A stretch of DNA of 64,000 nt, taken from the sequence record SRR22947727_2831; one strand, written 5' to 3'. The notes beneath the pieces are model-generated. The model was not told the origin of the DNA and made no database searches. It saw only the letters and a program-made list of their open reading frames with translations. Shown here in pieces: positions 1-11,630 of the stretch. A program made the translations under genes and the position numbers. Numbering within the stretch: the first letter of the stretch is position 1; the number at the start of each line of letters is the position of its first letter.

Positions 1-288
1 CGGCAATCCGGTCGTAATAGCCAGGTTTTCCACGATGCGATACAACCGGGGGTTGTCCGCCTTGGTCATCTGTTTGGCCCCCGCCATCGACAGGGCCTGC
101 TTGCCGGCTGAGTAGTACTGGATGGCCACATAGACGAGCGCGCCAATCAGCACACCAAAGAACACGACTCCAGTTCCCCCACCGGAGAGATAGAGGTCAA
201 AGACGTACCCAAGTCCCGCAACCAGCGCCACAAAGAACGCCATGATGAACCAGGTGTTGCGTTTATTGGCAGCTATCGCCCGATACAC
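1..288 (-). CDS. htpX: M48 family zinc metalloprotease HtpX, 5' part (runs off window)
   Basis: Manual translation from GTG at 288: MYRAIAANKRNTWFIMAFF...QYYSASRQALSMAGAKQMTKADNPRLYRIVENLAITTGLP; directly downstream of lemA, the usual pairing. Confidence 0.85.
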   Translation of the reverse strand, partial: MYRAIAANKRNTWFIMAFFVALVAGLGYVFDLYLSGGGTGVVFFGVLIGALVYVAIQYYSAGKQALSMAGAKQMTKADNPRLYRIVENLAITTGLP

Positions 289-306
289 GGCTAGAAAGCC
301 CCTCGA

Positions 307-873
307 CTAGAACTGAACGCGGGGTGCGTTAGCGATAGCCGAAGCGTCTTCGACCTCAAAGAAGTCGCGCTCGCCAAAGCCCAAGCTCTTCGCAAACAAA
401 GTGTTGGGGAAAAGCAGGACACGGGTGTTCATTTCGCGAACGCCACCGTTATAGAAGCGTCTCGAGGCTTGAATCTTGTCCTCGGTGTCGACAAGCTCTG
501 CTTGCAACTGGAGGAAGTTCTGGCTGGCTTGAAGCTGCGGATAGGCCTCTGCGACAGCAAAAATGCTCTTCAGAGCACTCTGCATCATGTTCTCGGCCTC
601 GGCAGCGGCACCAGGATCACCGGCACTCAGTGTTGCGGCGCGTGCTTTGGTGACGTCTTCAAAAACTTTGCTTTCGTGGGCGGCGTAACCCTTCACCGTC
701 TCAATGAGGTTCGGGATGAGGTCCGCACGACGCTTGAGCTGGACAGTGATGTCGCTCCACGCTTCGTCGACGCGCACATTCAGGGTGACCAAACCGTTGT
801 AGGTGACCCAGAGGTAGATTCCGACGATGGCGGCAAGGCCCAGCACAACGCCGATGATGATGAGTGATTCCAT
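307..873 (-). CDS. lemA: LemA family protein
   Basis: N-terminal TM; TYNGLV...QLKRRADLIPNL, AVAEAYPQL, RRFYN...FP motifs. Confidence 0.95.
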   Translation of the reverse strand: MESLIIIGVVLGLAAIVGIYLWVTYNGLVTLNVRVDEAWSDITVQLKRRADLIPNLIETVKGYAAHESKVFEDVTKARAATLSAGDPGAAAEAENMMQSALKSIFAVAEAYPQLQASQNFLQLQAELVDTEDKIQASRRFYNGGVREMNTRVLLFPNTLFAKSLGFGERDFFEVEDASAIANAPRVQF

Positions 874-914
874 AGCTCCGAGCGTAGAGGGCTTAACTGT
901 GGAATCGGTGAAGG

Positions 915-988
915 TGCCCCGGCAGGGACTCGAACCCTGACTGGGACGATTTTAAGTCGTCTGCCTCTGCCAATTGGGCTACCGGGGC
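915..988 (-). tRNA. tRNA-Leu(TAA)
   Basis: Reverse complement GCCCCGG TAGCCCAATTGGCAGAGGCA GACGA CTTAAAA TCGTC CCAGT CAGGG TTCGAGT CCCTG CCGGGGC A folds as a cloverleaf with TAA anticodon and a short variable loop. Confidence 0.93.
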
Positions 989-1001
989 GATGGCCCCAAT
1001 A

Positions 1002-2360
1002 CTAGCGAGCGCCGACTTTTTGCTTGGTGGCTTTCTTGGGTGCTACCGCGGGCCTGGAGGCGAACTCCTCAAAGAAGTCGCGCGGACGCTGAACCTTGCG
1101 GACACTGGAGAAGTCGCGTCCCCAGAAGAAGTGCACCAACCAGTTGGAGAAGACTCGAGCTTTCCGCTCCCACATCGGGATCGCGAAGCCGTGGTAGAAC
1201 CGGTGAGCGAACCAGGCGAGCAGACCGGTGAGGGCAAGGTCACCACTCTGGAACACTCCGTGACCAACACCTAGCCCTGCGACAGCGCCCAGGTTCTTGT
1301 GGACGTAATTCTTGGGTTCTTCGCCGCGGATGACAGCCACGATGTTCTTGGCCATGATTTTTCCTTGGCGGACTGCGTGCTGGGCGTTCGGGACACAGTA
1401 ACCGCCGACTCCACCACCGCTGAGGTCGGGAACACGGGCAACATCACCGGCGGTCCACATGCCCTCGAGGATGGTGTCACCATCCTCGACGCGAAGATCG
1501 GCGCGAGCACAGATGCGCTCGCGCTCATCGAGGGGAATACCCGTGCCACCGAGCATGGACTGGGCTTTCACGCCGGCAGTCCAGATCACGATGTCAGTCT
1601 CGAGTGTCATCCCGTTGGAGAGCGCCAACTTGCCATCCACAGCACTGGTGAGCTGGGTGTTCAGGTGAATGAAGGCTTGACGCTTCTCCAAGTTCTTGAT
1701 GACCCACTGGGCGCTCTTCGCCGAGACCTCAGGCATGATGCGATCCATCGCCTCGATGAGGTGGAAGTGTGTGTCGTCGATGCCAATTGTGGGGAATTCC
1801 TTGAGCATCGCGGACACCATGCTGCGCAACTCGGCGAATGCCTCAATACCGGCAAAACCACCACCGACCACCACGATCGTCAACAGTCGGTCACGAGCAG
1901 GTCCAGGAGGCATATCTGCCGCCAGGTGGAGGTTGTCGATAACGCGGTCTCGAACGGAGACCGCCTCTTCGATGGTCTTCATCCCAATGGCGAAGTCGGC
2001 AACTCCAGGAATCGGGAACGTTCTCGACACCGCACCAGCGGTGATCACGATGTGGTCATAGTCCAGACTAAAGGAGGGCTGCCCCTCCGGAGTGACGGTT
2101 ACAGACTTGCTGCCGTGGTCAATACCGGTCACACGCGCAGTGATGACGCGACACTTGTTCAGGTGACGACGCAGCGGAACAATCGCGTGACGAGCCTCAA
2201 TGGAGCCTGCTGCCACCTCCGGGAGGAAAGGCTGGTAGGTCATGTAGGGAAGTGGATCGATGACGACCACTTCCGCTTCTCCGCGACGGAGAAGCTTCTG
2301 GAGTTTGTAAGCAGTGTAGAAACCGGCGTAACCGCCGCCCACAATCACAATTCGAGTCAC
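1002..2360 (-). CDS. ndh: Type II NADH dehydrogenase family FAD-dependent oxidoreductase
   Basis: Two Rossmann motifs (IVIVGGGYAG, VVVGGGFAGIE), YQPFLPEVAAG, AGD, PNAQHAVRQG. Confidence 0.85.
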   Translation of the reverse strand: MTRIVIVGGGYAGFYTAYKLQKLLRRGEAEVVVIDPLPYMTYQPFLPEVAAGSIEARHAIVPLRRHLNKCRVITARVTGIDHGSKSVTVTPEGQPSFSLDYDHIVITAGAVSRTFPIPGVADFAIGMKTIEEAVSVRDRVIDNLHLAADMPPGPARDRLLTIVVVGGGFAGIEAFAELRSMVSAMLKEFPTIGIDDTHFHLIEAMDRIMPEVSAKSAQWVIKNLEKRQAFIHLNTQLTSAVDGKLALSNGMTLETDIVIWTAGVKAQSMLGGTGIPLDERERICARADLRVEDGDTILEGMWTAGDVARVPDLSGGGVGGYCVPNAQHAVRQGKIMAKNIVAVIRGEEPKNYVHKNLGAVAGLGVGHGVFQSGDLALTGLLAWFAHRFYHGFAIPMWERKARVFSNWLVHFFWGRDFSSVRKVQRPRDFFEEFASRPAVAPKKATKQKVGAR

Positions 2361-2401
2361 GAGGCACCTAAGACTGGGAGGACAAGAAGACTCTTCCTAA
2401 T

Positions 2402-3646
2402 CTATCGCTTTCGCAAGCGCCATAGGACCAGTACAACGCCGGTTAACACGACCACACTGAGTGCTGAGGCGAACCCCACGGTCACCACATAGGGCAGGAG
2501 CCCCCACTGGGGAGCATCGCGCGCTGGAATGCGAGGAGGCAGCGCTTGGTCCTCATCTGCCACAGTAGATTGCGGCCCGAGAGGCACCACAATCGGGTTC
2601 CCCTCCTGCTTGCGGTGCAACACCACCCAGTCATCGATAGACCCCAGCGGGTTGCTACTCACATAGGGAACATCAGCGGTGAGCGCCTCGTACGCGTCGA
2701 CCAGCCCATACCCATAGATTGGGTCAGGAATGGTCTCGGTGACCCGATCCGCACTCAGGAGCACTCGGTTGATGACGTTGGGGGCATCCATATTCGGATA
2801 GGCCGAGCGCACGAGTGCCACGATCCCCGCAACGATCGGGGTGGCGCCACTGGTTCCTGACCAGGACACATACCCGCCACCGGGGGTGGCCCCCACAAGA
2901 CCCTCGCTGGGTGCCATCACCCCAATGGTGATGCCCTGAGAGGAGGCAGAATCGCTGGCTTGTCCGTCTTGGTCCACTCCCCCCACAGTCAGCACACCGG
3001 GCATGGTCGCGGGCGCTCCCACCGACACTGTCCCACTCCCTCGGTTACCAGCCGCGGCCACGACTAAGACGTCGTTCGCTGCGGCATAACTGAAGGCTCG
3101 ATCCCAGGATTCTGGCCAGTCACGGGTGTTTCTCGTCAGGGACAGCGAAATGATGTCGGCACCGTTGTCCACGGCAAAGCGCACCGCGTTGGCGACTTGC
3201 TCATCCGGTGAGATCAGACTGCCGGAAAAGGCCATGGAGAGGCTCAAGAGTTCAGCTTCGGGTGCGCTCCCGATGACGCCGTCGACGCTGTTGTTGCCGC
3301 GTCCAGCGGCCAGGGACGCCACCATCGTGCCGTGGCGTCTATCGGGGCCTACCGGGGTGAGCCCGTCCACACTGCCCAGGCCCGAGAAGTCAGCCCCACC
3401 CGCTACCGCACCCACCAGGTCCTGGTGGGTGGCATCGATACCGGTGTCGATGATGGCAATTCGGACTCCAGCCCCGCGGGTAATCTGCCACGCCTCTTGG
3501 ATGCGGTAATCCTCGAGCCAGTATTGACGCTCACGAACCTGATCGGCGACCGCGGGTGTGCTCTGCAGTGCCACGCCTGGTACACCCACCAGTGCTCCCA
3601 GTAGTGCCAGTGCGAGGATTCGTCGAGTAACCGTGGTGCCTAACAT
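2402..3646 (-). CDS. Membrane-anchored S8 (subtilisin/mycosin-like) serine peptidase
   Basis: Triad motifs IIDTG, HGTMVAS, SGTSGATP; oxyanion AAAGN; signal peptide and C-terminal TM; start approximate. Confidence 0.9.
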   Translation of the reverse strand: MLGTTVTRRILALALLGALVGVPGVALQSTPAVADQVRERQYWLEDYRIQEAWQITRGAGVRIAIIDTGIDATHQDLVGAVAGGADFSGLGSVDGLTPVGPDRRHGTMVASLAAGRGNNSVDGVIGSAPEAELLSLSMAFSGSLISPDEQVANAVRFAVDNGADIISLSLTRNTRDWPESWDRAFSYAAANDVLVVAAAGNRGSGTVSVGAPATMPGVLTVGGVDQDGQASDSASSQGITIGVMAPSEGLVGATPGGGYVSWSGTSGATPIVAGIVALVRSAYPNMDAPNVINRVLLSADRVTETIPDPIYGYGLVDAYEALTADVPYVSSNPLGSIDDWVVLHRKQEGNPIVVPLGPQSTVADEDQALPPRIPARDAPQWGLLPYVVTVGFASALSVVVLTGVVLVLWRLRKR

Positions 3647-4131
3647 GAGCACACGTCTTTGCTCCACGGTGTGTCAGCAAGCGCCCAATCACCCACCGGG
3701 TTCACTCCAGACCCCACCGACAGAGAGTGTGCCATCAGGGAATGGAGGCACTTCACCCGGGCGGGCATTCCTCCGGCAGAAATCCCATCGATTTCCTCGA
3801 TGGCACCCAACTGCGCTCTGGTGGCAAGGAACGACTCGTGGGCGAGGCGATAGGCCTCCTGAGCCTCCTCATCCTCCGCCAGGCGCTCCTGGTAGTGCGC
3901 CATCTTGCCCTCGGCTTCGAGGCGGGAGGCCGCCTGCGTAGCGGCGGGCTGTGTCAAGTAATAGAGCGTGGGGAACGGGGTTCCATCCTCAAGCCTCGGG
4001 TTGGTGGCCACCACGAGAGGGTTTCCACAGACACAACGGGCTGGGATTCCGACAATGTCTCTCGCGGGCCTGCCCAACTGCTCGCTCACCACCTCGATGT
4101 CATGAGGTGTGGGCTTCTCCCCCAGGCTCAT
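3640..4131 (-). CDS. DUF501 family protein
   Basis: RCVCGNP, PFPTLYYLT, GGMPARVKCLH; conserved eno-ftsB-DUF501 order in Actinobacteria. Confidence 0.9.
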   Translation of the reverse strand: MSLGEKPTPHDIEVVSEQLGRPARDIVGIPARCVCGNPLVVATNPRLEDGTPFPTLYYLTQPAATQAASRLEAEGKMAHYQERLAEDEEAQEAYRLAHESFLATRAQLGAIEEIDGISAGGMPARVKCLHSLMAHSLSVGSGVNPVGDWALADTPWSKDVCSC

Positions 4132-4670
4132 GGGGTGCTCTCCTGCTCGGGAGAGAGAATCCCTTCTGGATCCGTGGACGAGTCACCACTCTGGGTGATT
4201 TCCACTTGGTACTCCGTGGACGTGGTCGCGGCCACAAGATAGGAGGCCAACAGTGACTCTCGCCAATCGGTCTGCGCCTCCACAATGCCGGTGGAGATCT
4301 CGAGATCTGCACCCTCGTCGAGGTTCGCTGCATCATCAATCACCAAATAGGTGATGTCTCCGGGATAGACAAACAGCAATCGCTCCCGAGCTTGCGTTTC
4401 CACAAAAGCGGGGTCTTTCCAACGCTCTCGCTGCTCCTCCAGAGCCACGACCTGCTGTTCACTCTCGGCAAGCGCCGCTTCCAAACTCGCAATTTCTTGT
4501 TGCTGCTCGGCCAGAACCCGCAGCGTCGGGGACAAAATCACCACGCCCGCAACAATCAGCACCAAAAAGGTGACGACAAAGCCTGAGGCTTGCAGGCTCA
4601 GGAGAACCTGCGCAGCAGAAGCGCGACTCCTCGGAGTCTGCTTCTGTGTTTTTTGCTTCGGCTTCGCCAC
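4128..4670 (-). CDS. ftsB: FtsB/DivIC septum formation initiator
   Basis: Single TM, coiled coil, WKDPAFVETQARERL..V.PG motif; follows eno. Confidence 0.85.
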   Translation of the reverse strand: MAKPKQKTQKQTPRSRASAAQVLLSLQASGFVVTFLVLIVAGVVILSPTLRVLAEQQQEIASLEAALAESEQQVVALEEQRERWKDPAFVETQARERLLFVYPGDITYLVIDDAANLDEGADLEISTGIVEAQTDWRESLLASYLVAATTSTEYQVEITQSGDSSTDPEGILSPEQESTP

Positions 4671-4720
4671 GGCATCAGTGTAGACAGGGCGCCTCGGTGT
4701 GACCCTAGGGCGCGCAGGTC

Positions 4721-6013
<1,293 letters not shown>

Positions 6014-6100
6014 TTATGGGGATGTGCGAGTGGGTGTCGTTGGGTGGCGGGGTAGCGCCAGGACAAGTCTAGTAATCCAGACGCCAGACCTGGGTGGCGT

Positions 6101-7366
6101 TTACGTGAGATCTTTCCAGGACAGCTCTTCTACGGTGTGGGCAGTCTCCACGGCAGTGGCCACGCGGGTGAAACCATCAGCCACCAGTTGCTCATAGACC
6201 ACTCGCATGTTCTTCTGCTCTGACACCACACGCACCGTGTGACCGGTGTCAACGAGGTGCTTCTTCAGCGCAATCACGTGGGACGTGTCAGCACCGGAGG
6301 GAATCACCAGCGCCACCCGGTCGTGGTGAACAACCGGTGAGGTCTCCAAAATATCGACCAGTCGCTCAAATCCGAGCGAGACACCAAAGGCTGGCACGTT
6401 CGTCCCGAGGAACCGCCCGATCATCCCGTCATAGCGGCCCCCACCACCGAGGGAAATACCGAGGTCCGGGTGCGCGATCTCCACAATGGAGCCCGTGTAG
6501 TAGCCCATTCCTCTCACCAGGGTGGGATCAAACACCAGTGCATCCTCACCAATCACTCCCGCCACCTGGGACACCCAGCTGACGAGCTCAGTGGCAGCTG
6601 TCGCTGCCTCTGGTGTGTTCCCCATGAGTGCCGCGATGGCGGTGGCATCGTGGGCGGGCGTTGTACTGGTGAGCACTGCCTGGATCATCGCTTCGTCAAA
6701 GCCCGCCGGCAGTCGTTCACGAAGCTCGGTGAGCACACCCTCGACCCCGACCTTGTCGAGCTTGTCGAGGGTGATCAGGGCTGAGGCTTGGTTCTCTGCG
6801 GCAATACCCGCTGCACCGAGTAACTCGGTCAGGAGTCTGCGGTCATTGACCCGGAAGGTGAAACCTTCCACGCCCACCCGAGTGAGCGCATCGGCAGTGG
6901 CCATCATGACCTCTACTTCGGCAAGAACACCTGGCTCGCCCAGAATGTCGATATCGCACTGGACGAACTGGCGGTAGCGACCTTTTTGAGGGCGCTCTGC
7001 CCGCCACACGGGTCCCGTGTGAAACGCTCGAAAAACCGGAGGCAACTCAGCGTGGTGGGATGCATAAAACCTCGCGAGCGGCACAGTCAGATCAAAGCGG
7101 AGCCCCAGGTCAGACAGCTCAGAAGTGTCCTTCGCGCTGGCAAGGTCAGAGGGTTCCAGACCGCGCTTTAGAACTTGAAAACTGAGCTTCTCGTTGTCAC
7201 CCCCCATTCCGGAGTGCAAGACGCTGGAGTCTTCGAGAGCCGGGGTCTCGATCGCCTCAAACCCGTGGCGGTGGTAGGTCTCACTGATGACGGCGAGAAT
7301 CGCGTCCCGTCGCTCCTTTTCGCGCGGCGAGAAATCGCGCATACCGCGAGCAGAGGTGACAGCCAT
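6101..7366 (-). CDS. hisS: Histidine--tRNA ligase
   Basis: RGMRDF, LRFDLTVP, WRAERPQKGRYRQFVQCDID, LVRGMGYYTG, GGGRYD; start moved to ATG at 7366. Confidence 0.95.
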   Translation of the reverse strand: MAVTSARGMRDFSPREKERRDAILAVISETYHRHGFEAIETPALEDSSVLHSGMGGDNEKLSFQVLKRGLEPSDLASAKDTSELSDLGLRFDLTVPLARFYASHHAELPPVFRAFHTGPVWRAERPQKGRYRQFVQCDIDILGEPGVLAEVEVMMATADALTRVGVEGFTFRVNDRRLLTELLGAAGIAAENQASALITLDKLDKVGVEGVLTELRERLPAGFDEAMIQAVLTSTTPAHDATAIAALMGNTPEAATAATELVSWVSQVAGVIGEDALVFDPTLVRGMGYYTGSIVEIAHPDLGISLGGGGRYDGMIGRFLGTNVPAFGVSLGFERLVDILETSPVVHHDRVALVIPSGADTSHVIALKKHLVDTGHTVRVVSEQKNMRVVYEQLVADGFTRVATAVETAHTVEELSWKDLT

Positions 7367-7380
7367 ATAGCGATTCTGCC

Positions 7381-8055
7381 CTAAGACTGCGAGCGGTCTT
7401 GGACCCCATTCCGGTCGGCCTGCTCTGCAGCCCGGACACTTTCTTCCCACTGCCGGGTTGCAACACGCAGTGCTCGCTCAACGTCAAGACCCTGTGCTCT
7501 GGCATCAGCGACCATGCCTAGAAGCTGGTGACCCAGCTCTTCCTCGGTGGTTGCACCCGAGAGTTCTGAGGTGGGAGGAGGAAGAACGTCCTTCGAGCGG
7601 TTGAGCACACTGGCGGCTCTGGCCAGAGCGGAGAGCTTCTCGGGAATTCCCTCCACCACGCTCTCGCGGTGCGCTTTTTGTTCCTTCTTGATTTCATCCC
7701 AGCGTTTCACGACCTCGTCAACGCTCTGAGCATCTCCATCAGCGAAGACGTGCGGGTGTCGAACCCGCATCTTCTCGTCCACAGCCGCCGCCACATCGTC
7801 AATCGTGAACGGGGAATCACTCGCGTGAGCGGCGATGTCGGCGTGGAAGAGCACTTGGTAGAGCACATCGCCGAGTTCCTCTTTCACATCCTCGGGGCTA
7901 CCAGCCTCGAGCGCTTCGACTAGCTCGTAGACCTCCTCGATGACATAGGGAACGAGAGATTCGTGGGTTTGCTCCGCATCCCACGGGCACCCACCAGGAG
8001 CCCGGAGCTGCGCCATGGTCTCGACCAAGCGGTTCAGGGCCTCGTTCTGGGACAT
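7381..8055 (-). CDS. mazG: MazG nucleoside triphosphate pyrophosphohydrolase
   Basis: LRAPGGCPWDAEQTHESL, EELGDVLYQV, RHPHVF; start at ATG 8055. Confidence 0.93.
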   Translation of the reverse strand: MSQNEALNRLVETMAQLRAPGGCPWDAEQTHESLVPYVIEEVYELVEALEAGSPEDVKEELGDVLYQVLFHADIAAHASDSPFTIDDVAAAVDEKMRVRHPHVFADGDAQSVDEVVKRWDEIKKEQKAHRESVVEGIPEKLSALARAASVLNRSKDVLPPPTSELSGATTEEELGHQLLGMVADARAQGLDVERALRVATRQWEESVRAAEQADRNGVQDRSQS

Positions 8056-8059
8056 GTCT

Positions 8060-11000
8060 TTAGTCTGCACTCTTCGGCGGTGGATAGAGGGCCTCAATGA
8101 TGCCCTCCACCCAGGTGATGAGCGCTTGGTCGGTGTAATCCTCGGGGAGTGGGACAAGAAGCACCCGGGCAGGCGCCATATAGGTGGCCTTGGGATAGAG
8201 CCTCTGAACCCTCACCTGCAAAGAATCGGGCAAGGGTGGTCCGACCACCCGAAGTTTGTTGCCCATCACCATGGTCTCCCCGATACCCCGGGTCATCGCA
8301 AGGTGTCGCAACTTGGTGACCCTCACCAGCGTGCTCACTGCCGTGGGCGGCTCGCCATAGCGATCCGTCATTTCGTCCACGAGCTCGTCAACAGCAGTAT
8401 CTGGCGCTGTGGGCGCAGCCGCACCCGAAAGTTTTTGATACATCTCCAGGCGCAAGCGCTCGGAATCGATGTAGTCGGTCGGGATCCTGGCATCCACCGG
8501 GAGCTCGAGGCGCAGCTCTGTTTGTCCAGGAGCCATGTCGTCTCGGAACATCGAGATGGCTTCACCCACCATCCGCAAATACAGGTCAAAGCCAACACCT
8601 TGGATGTGACCGGCCTGCTCTGCGCCCAACAGGTTTCCTGCTCCTCGCATCTCGAGGTCTTTCATCGCTATGCGGGTTCCGCCACCCAAATCCGTGGTGG
8701 AGGCCAGAGTTGCCAGGCGGTCGTGAGCGTTTTCACCCATGGGAAGGTCATCGTCATAGAGCAGGTAGGCATAACCACGCTCTCGACCACGTCCCACGCG
8801 ACCGCGCAACTGGTGGAGTTGGGAGAGGCCGTAACGCTCGGCTCGATCGACGATGAGCGTGTTCGCATTGGTGACATCAAGACCGGTTTCGATGATCGTG
8901 GTGGAGACCAACACATCGAAGCGTCGCTCCCAGAAGTCCACCATCACCCGCTCCAGGTCGGCTTCACCCATTTGCCCGTGGGCAATAGCCACCCGCGCTT
9001 CGGGAACGAGTTCCTGGACACGGGCCGCGACCTTGTTGATGCTGGAGACCCGGTTATGGACGAAAAACACTTGTCCTTCTCGCAATAACTCACGACGGAT
9101 TGCTGCCACGACTTGGGATTCGTTATAGGGGCCCACAAACGTCAAAATCGGGTGGCGAGCTTCGGGCGGTGTGGCCAGTGTCGACATTTCTCGGATACCG
9201 GTGACCGCCATCTCCAGTGTTCGAGGAATCGGTGTTGCCGACATCGCCAACACATCCACATTGGTCTTCAAGGCCTTCAGTGAGTCTTTGTGCTCCACCC
9301 CGAAGCGTTGCTCCTCATCGACAATCACCAGACCCAAGTCTTTGAACACCACGTTCTTGCTCAGCAACCGGTGGGTTCCAATCACGATGTCCACACTGCC
9401 ATTGGCAAGGCCTGCCAAGACTGCTTTCGCTTCAGCATCGGTTTGGAAGCGTGAGAGGGCGCGCAAGTTGATCGGGAAAGGGGCATAGCGCTCTTGGAAC
9501 GTCTCCAGGTGCTGCTTGACCAGAAGCGTGGTGGGCGCAATCAGCGCCACCTGCTTCTGGTCTTGAATGGCTTTGAACGCCGCCCGCACCGCAATCTCGG
9601 TCTTTCCAAACCCGACATCACCGGCAATCAGGCGATCCATCGGAATGGGTCGCTCCATGTCGGCCTTCACCTCATCGATGGTGGTGAGCTGGTCGGGCGT
9701 TTCCATAAAGGGAAACGCCTCTTCTAACTCTCGTTGCCAGGGGGTGTCAGGAGAGAACGCAAAACCTGGGGCTGCCATCCGAGCGGAGTAGAGCTTCACT
9801 AAATCGACCGCGAGCTCGCGGACAGCCTTTCGTGCTTTGCCTTTGGTGGCAGCCCAATCGGAGCCACCCATCTTTGACAGTGCTGGTGAATCACTGCCCA
9901 CATAGTGGCTCAGTTGGTCGAGCTGATCGGTGGGGACATAGAGACGATCAGGTGGACTGCCTCGTTTGCTGGGCGCGTATTCCAGGACCACGAACTCGCG
10001 CTGAGAGGCCATGGCATTTCTGCCACCGGTCGAGATTTCCCTGGAGACCAACTCCACAAATCGCCCCACACCGTGAGTTTCGTGGACGACATAGTCACCA
10101 GCGGAGAGCTGCAGAGGGTCCACCACACGAGTGCGCTTGGTGGCCAACGTTCGACCGGTCCGAGGAGACGCGCTGACAGCCTTGCCATAGAGCTCCTTCT
10201 CGGTAATAACCACCAACTTCGAGCCTGGAGCCAGGAACCCTTCTTGCAGAAAACCTCGCACGACGCTCACCACACCGGGGCTTGGGGCCTCGGCTAATTC
10301 CTCATCGATGCGATGAGGAATATCCCGATCGCCCAACACTTGGGCACTTCGCTCCACCAAACCGTGACCAGCTGCGACCACGATGACACTGTCGCGGTCA
10401 CGAATGCGGGTCGCAATGAACTCCCACACCTCTTCACCGCCGGTGGTCACCAGCGGCAAACTCTGAAGAGGTGGTCGCAAGTTGGTGACCTCACCGGTGT
10501 CAAGAGAATCCAGTGACACCCAGGGCCTCGGCGCCACAGAATCCTTCAGTTCCTGGTGGGTGAGGAAGGAACCAGCGTGAAGATCAACAGGTGCCTCGGA
10601 GCCATCAAGGGCTGCGACCTCCCAGGCGGCCTGCAAGAACTCTCGGTTGGTTTCTAAGAGGATTGACGCTCGGGCCTGCACCTTCTGGGCCCCCACCTCC
10701 ACAATCAGGGCGTCATCGGGCAGCACACTCAAAGGGGCCACAAGGCCTGGAACCAAGAGGGGTTGGAGGGACTCCATCCCTTCAGTGGGAATACCTTCTG
10801 ACACCTTGGTGAGTAACTGTCCCAGTCCTGGGTATTCGCTAGCCAGCTGTGAGGCGCGAGCCCTCACATCGGCGCTGAGGAGCATCTCTCGCACCGGCTC
10901 GAGGACCACCGGTGCCACCTCCTCGGGGAGTGAGCGCTGGTCGGCGACGGAGAAATAGTTCACCTGGTCGATTTCTGAGCCAAAGAAGTCCAAGCGGACA

Positions 11001-11587
11001 GGGTGCTCCGCTAGAGGGGGGAAAACATCGAGGATGCCGCCTCGAACAGCAAACTCCCCACGTCTGGTGACCAAGTCCACTCGCTGGTAGGCGGCCTCCA
11101 CCAGATATTCCACCCAGCTCTCGAGTGAACGTGACGCATCACCCTTGATCGCCACCCATGGCTCAAAGGAGGCAATGTGGGGGTTCACCGGTTGCACGAG
11201 TGCCCGTATGGAAGCGACCACGACAAGACCGCCAGTGGAGGTATGCGCCCGAGAAATCTGGCGCAGAGCGCTGCGGCGTCTCGCCACCGTTTCGGCGTGA
11301 GGGCTTAAGCGCTCGTGCGGAAGCGTTTCCCAGGCCGGGAAATCGAGGACGTGGGTGCCCTCAGGAACGACCGAGCGAAGTTCGTCGCGCAATTGGTCAG
11401 ACTCTCGCCCTGTTGCACAGACCACCACAGTGACGGAGGGCATCGGGGATAACCCGGACAGGGCTTGGACGACCGCCGTTGTGGCGCCCGTGGGAACAAC
11501 GAGAGAACCGCCATCGCGGGCCTGTTCGAGCGAGGTGAGGATGCCCGAATCTTCAACCAGCAAAGAGGGAAGCGTCGAGAGACTCAC
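8060..11587 (-). CDS. mfd: Transcription-repair coupling factor
   Basis: FPAWETLPHE, GEFAVRGGILD, GDVGFGKTE, VDEEQRFGV, QLHQLRGRVGR. Confidence 0.99.
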   Translation of the reverse strand: MSLSTLPSLLVEDSGILTSLEQARDGGSLVVPTGATTAVVQALSGLSPMPSVTVVVCATGRESDQLRDELRSVVPEGTHVLDFPAWETLPHERLSPHAETVARRRSALRQISRAHTSTGGLVVVASIRALVQPVNPHIASFEPWVAIKGDASRSLESWVEYLVEAAYQRVDLVTRRGEFAVRGGILDVFPPLAEHPVRLDFFGSEIDQVNYFSVADQRSLPEEVAPVVLEPVREMLLSADVRARASQLASEYPGLGQLLTKVSEGIPTEGMESLQPLLVPGLVAPLSVLPDDALIVEVGAQKVQARASILLETNREFLQAAWEVAALDGSEAPVDLHAGSFLTHQELKDSVAPRPWVSLDSLDTGEVTNLRPPLQSLPLVTTGGEEVWEFIATRIRDRDSVIVVAAGHGLVERSAQVLGDRDIPHRIDEELAEAPSPGVVSVVRGFLQEGFLAPGSKLVVITEKELYGKAVSASPRTGRTLATKRTRVVDPLQLSAGDYVVHETHGVGRFVELVSREISTGGRNAMASQREFVVLEYAPSKRGSPPDRLYVPTDQLDQLSHYVGSDSPALSKMGGSDWAATKGKARKAVRELAVDLVKLYSARMAAPGFAFSPDTPWQRELEEAFPFMETPDQLTTIDEVKADMERPIPMDRLIAGDVGFGKTEIAVRAAFKAIQDQKQVALIAPTTLLVKQHLETFQERYAPFPINLRALSRFQTDAEAKAVLAGLANGSVDIVIGTHRLLSKNVVFKDLGLVIVDEEQRFGVEHKDSLKALKTNVDVLAMSATPIPRTLEMAVTGIREMSTLATPPEARHPILTFVGPYNESQVVAAIRRELLREGQVFFVHNRVSSINKVAARVQELVPEARVAIAHGQMGEADLERVMVDFWERRFDVLVSTTIIETGLDVTNANTLIVDRAERYGLSQLHQLRGRVGRGRERGYAYLLYDDDLPMGENAHDRLATLASTTDLGGGTRIAMKDLEMRGAGNLLGAEQAGHIQGVGFDLYLRMVGEAISMFRDDMAPGQTELRLELPVDARIPTDYIDSERLRLEMYQKLSGAAAPTAPDTAVDELVDEMTDRYGEPPTAVSTLVRVTKLRHLAMTRGIGETMVMGNKLRVVGPPLPDSLQVRVQRLYPKATYMAPARVLLVPLPEDYTDQALITWVEGIIEALYPPPKSAD

Positions 11588-11630
11588 TCGGGGAAGTCTA
11601 TTAGTCCCAGACCGGCCCGAAACCAGAGCC

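Noticed and set aside
880-1000. tRNA-Leu or tRNA-Gln as an island integration site
   Set aside because: There is no integrase, no duplicated tRNA 3' end that I could see, and the flanking genes are core.
2402-3646. Mycosin-like protease as a marker of type VII secretion
   Set aside because: No ecc or WXG100 genes are in the window, and it lies in a housekeeping eno-ftsB-DUF501 context.
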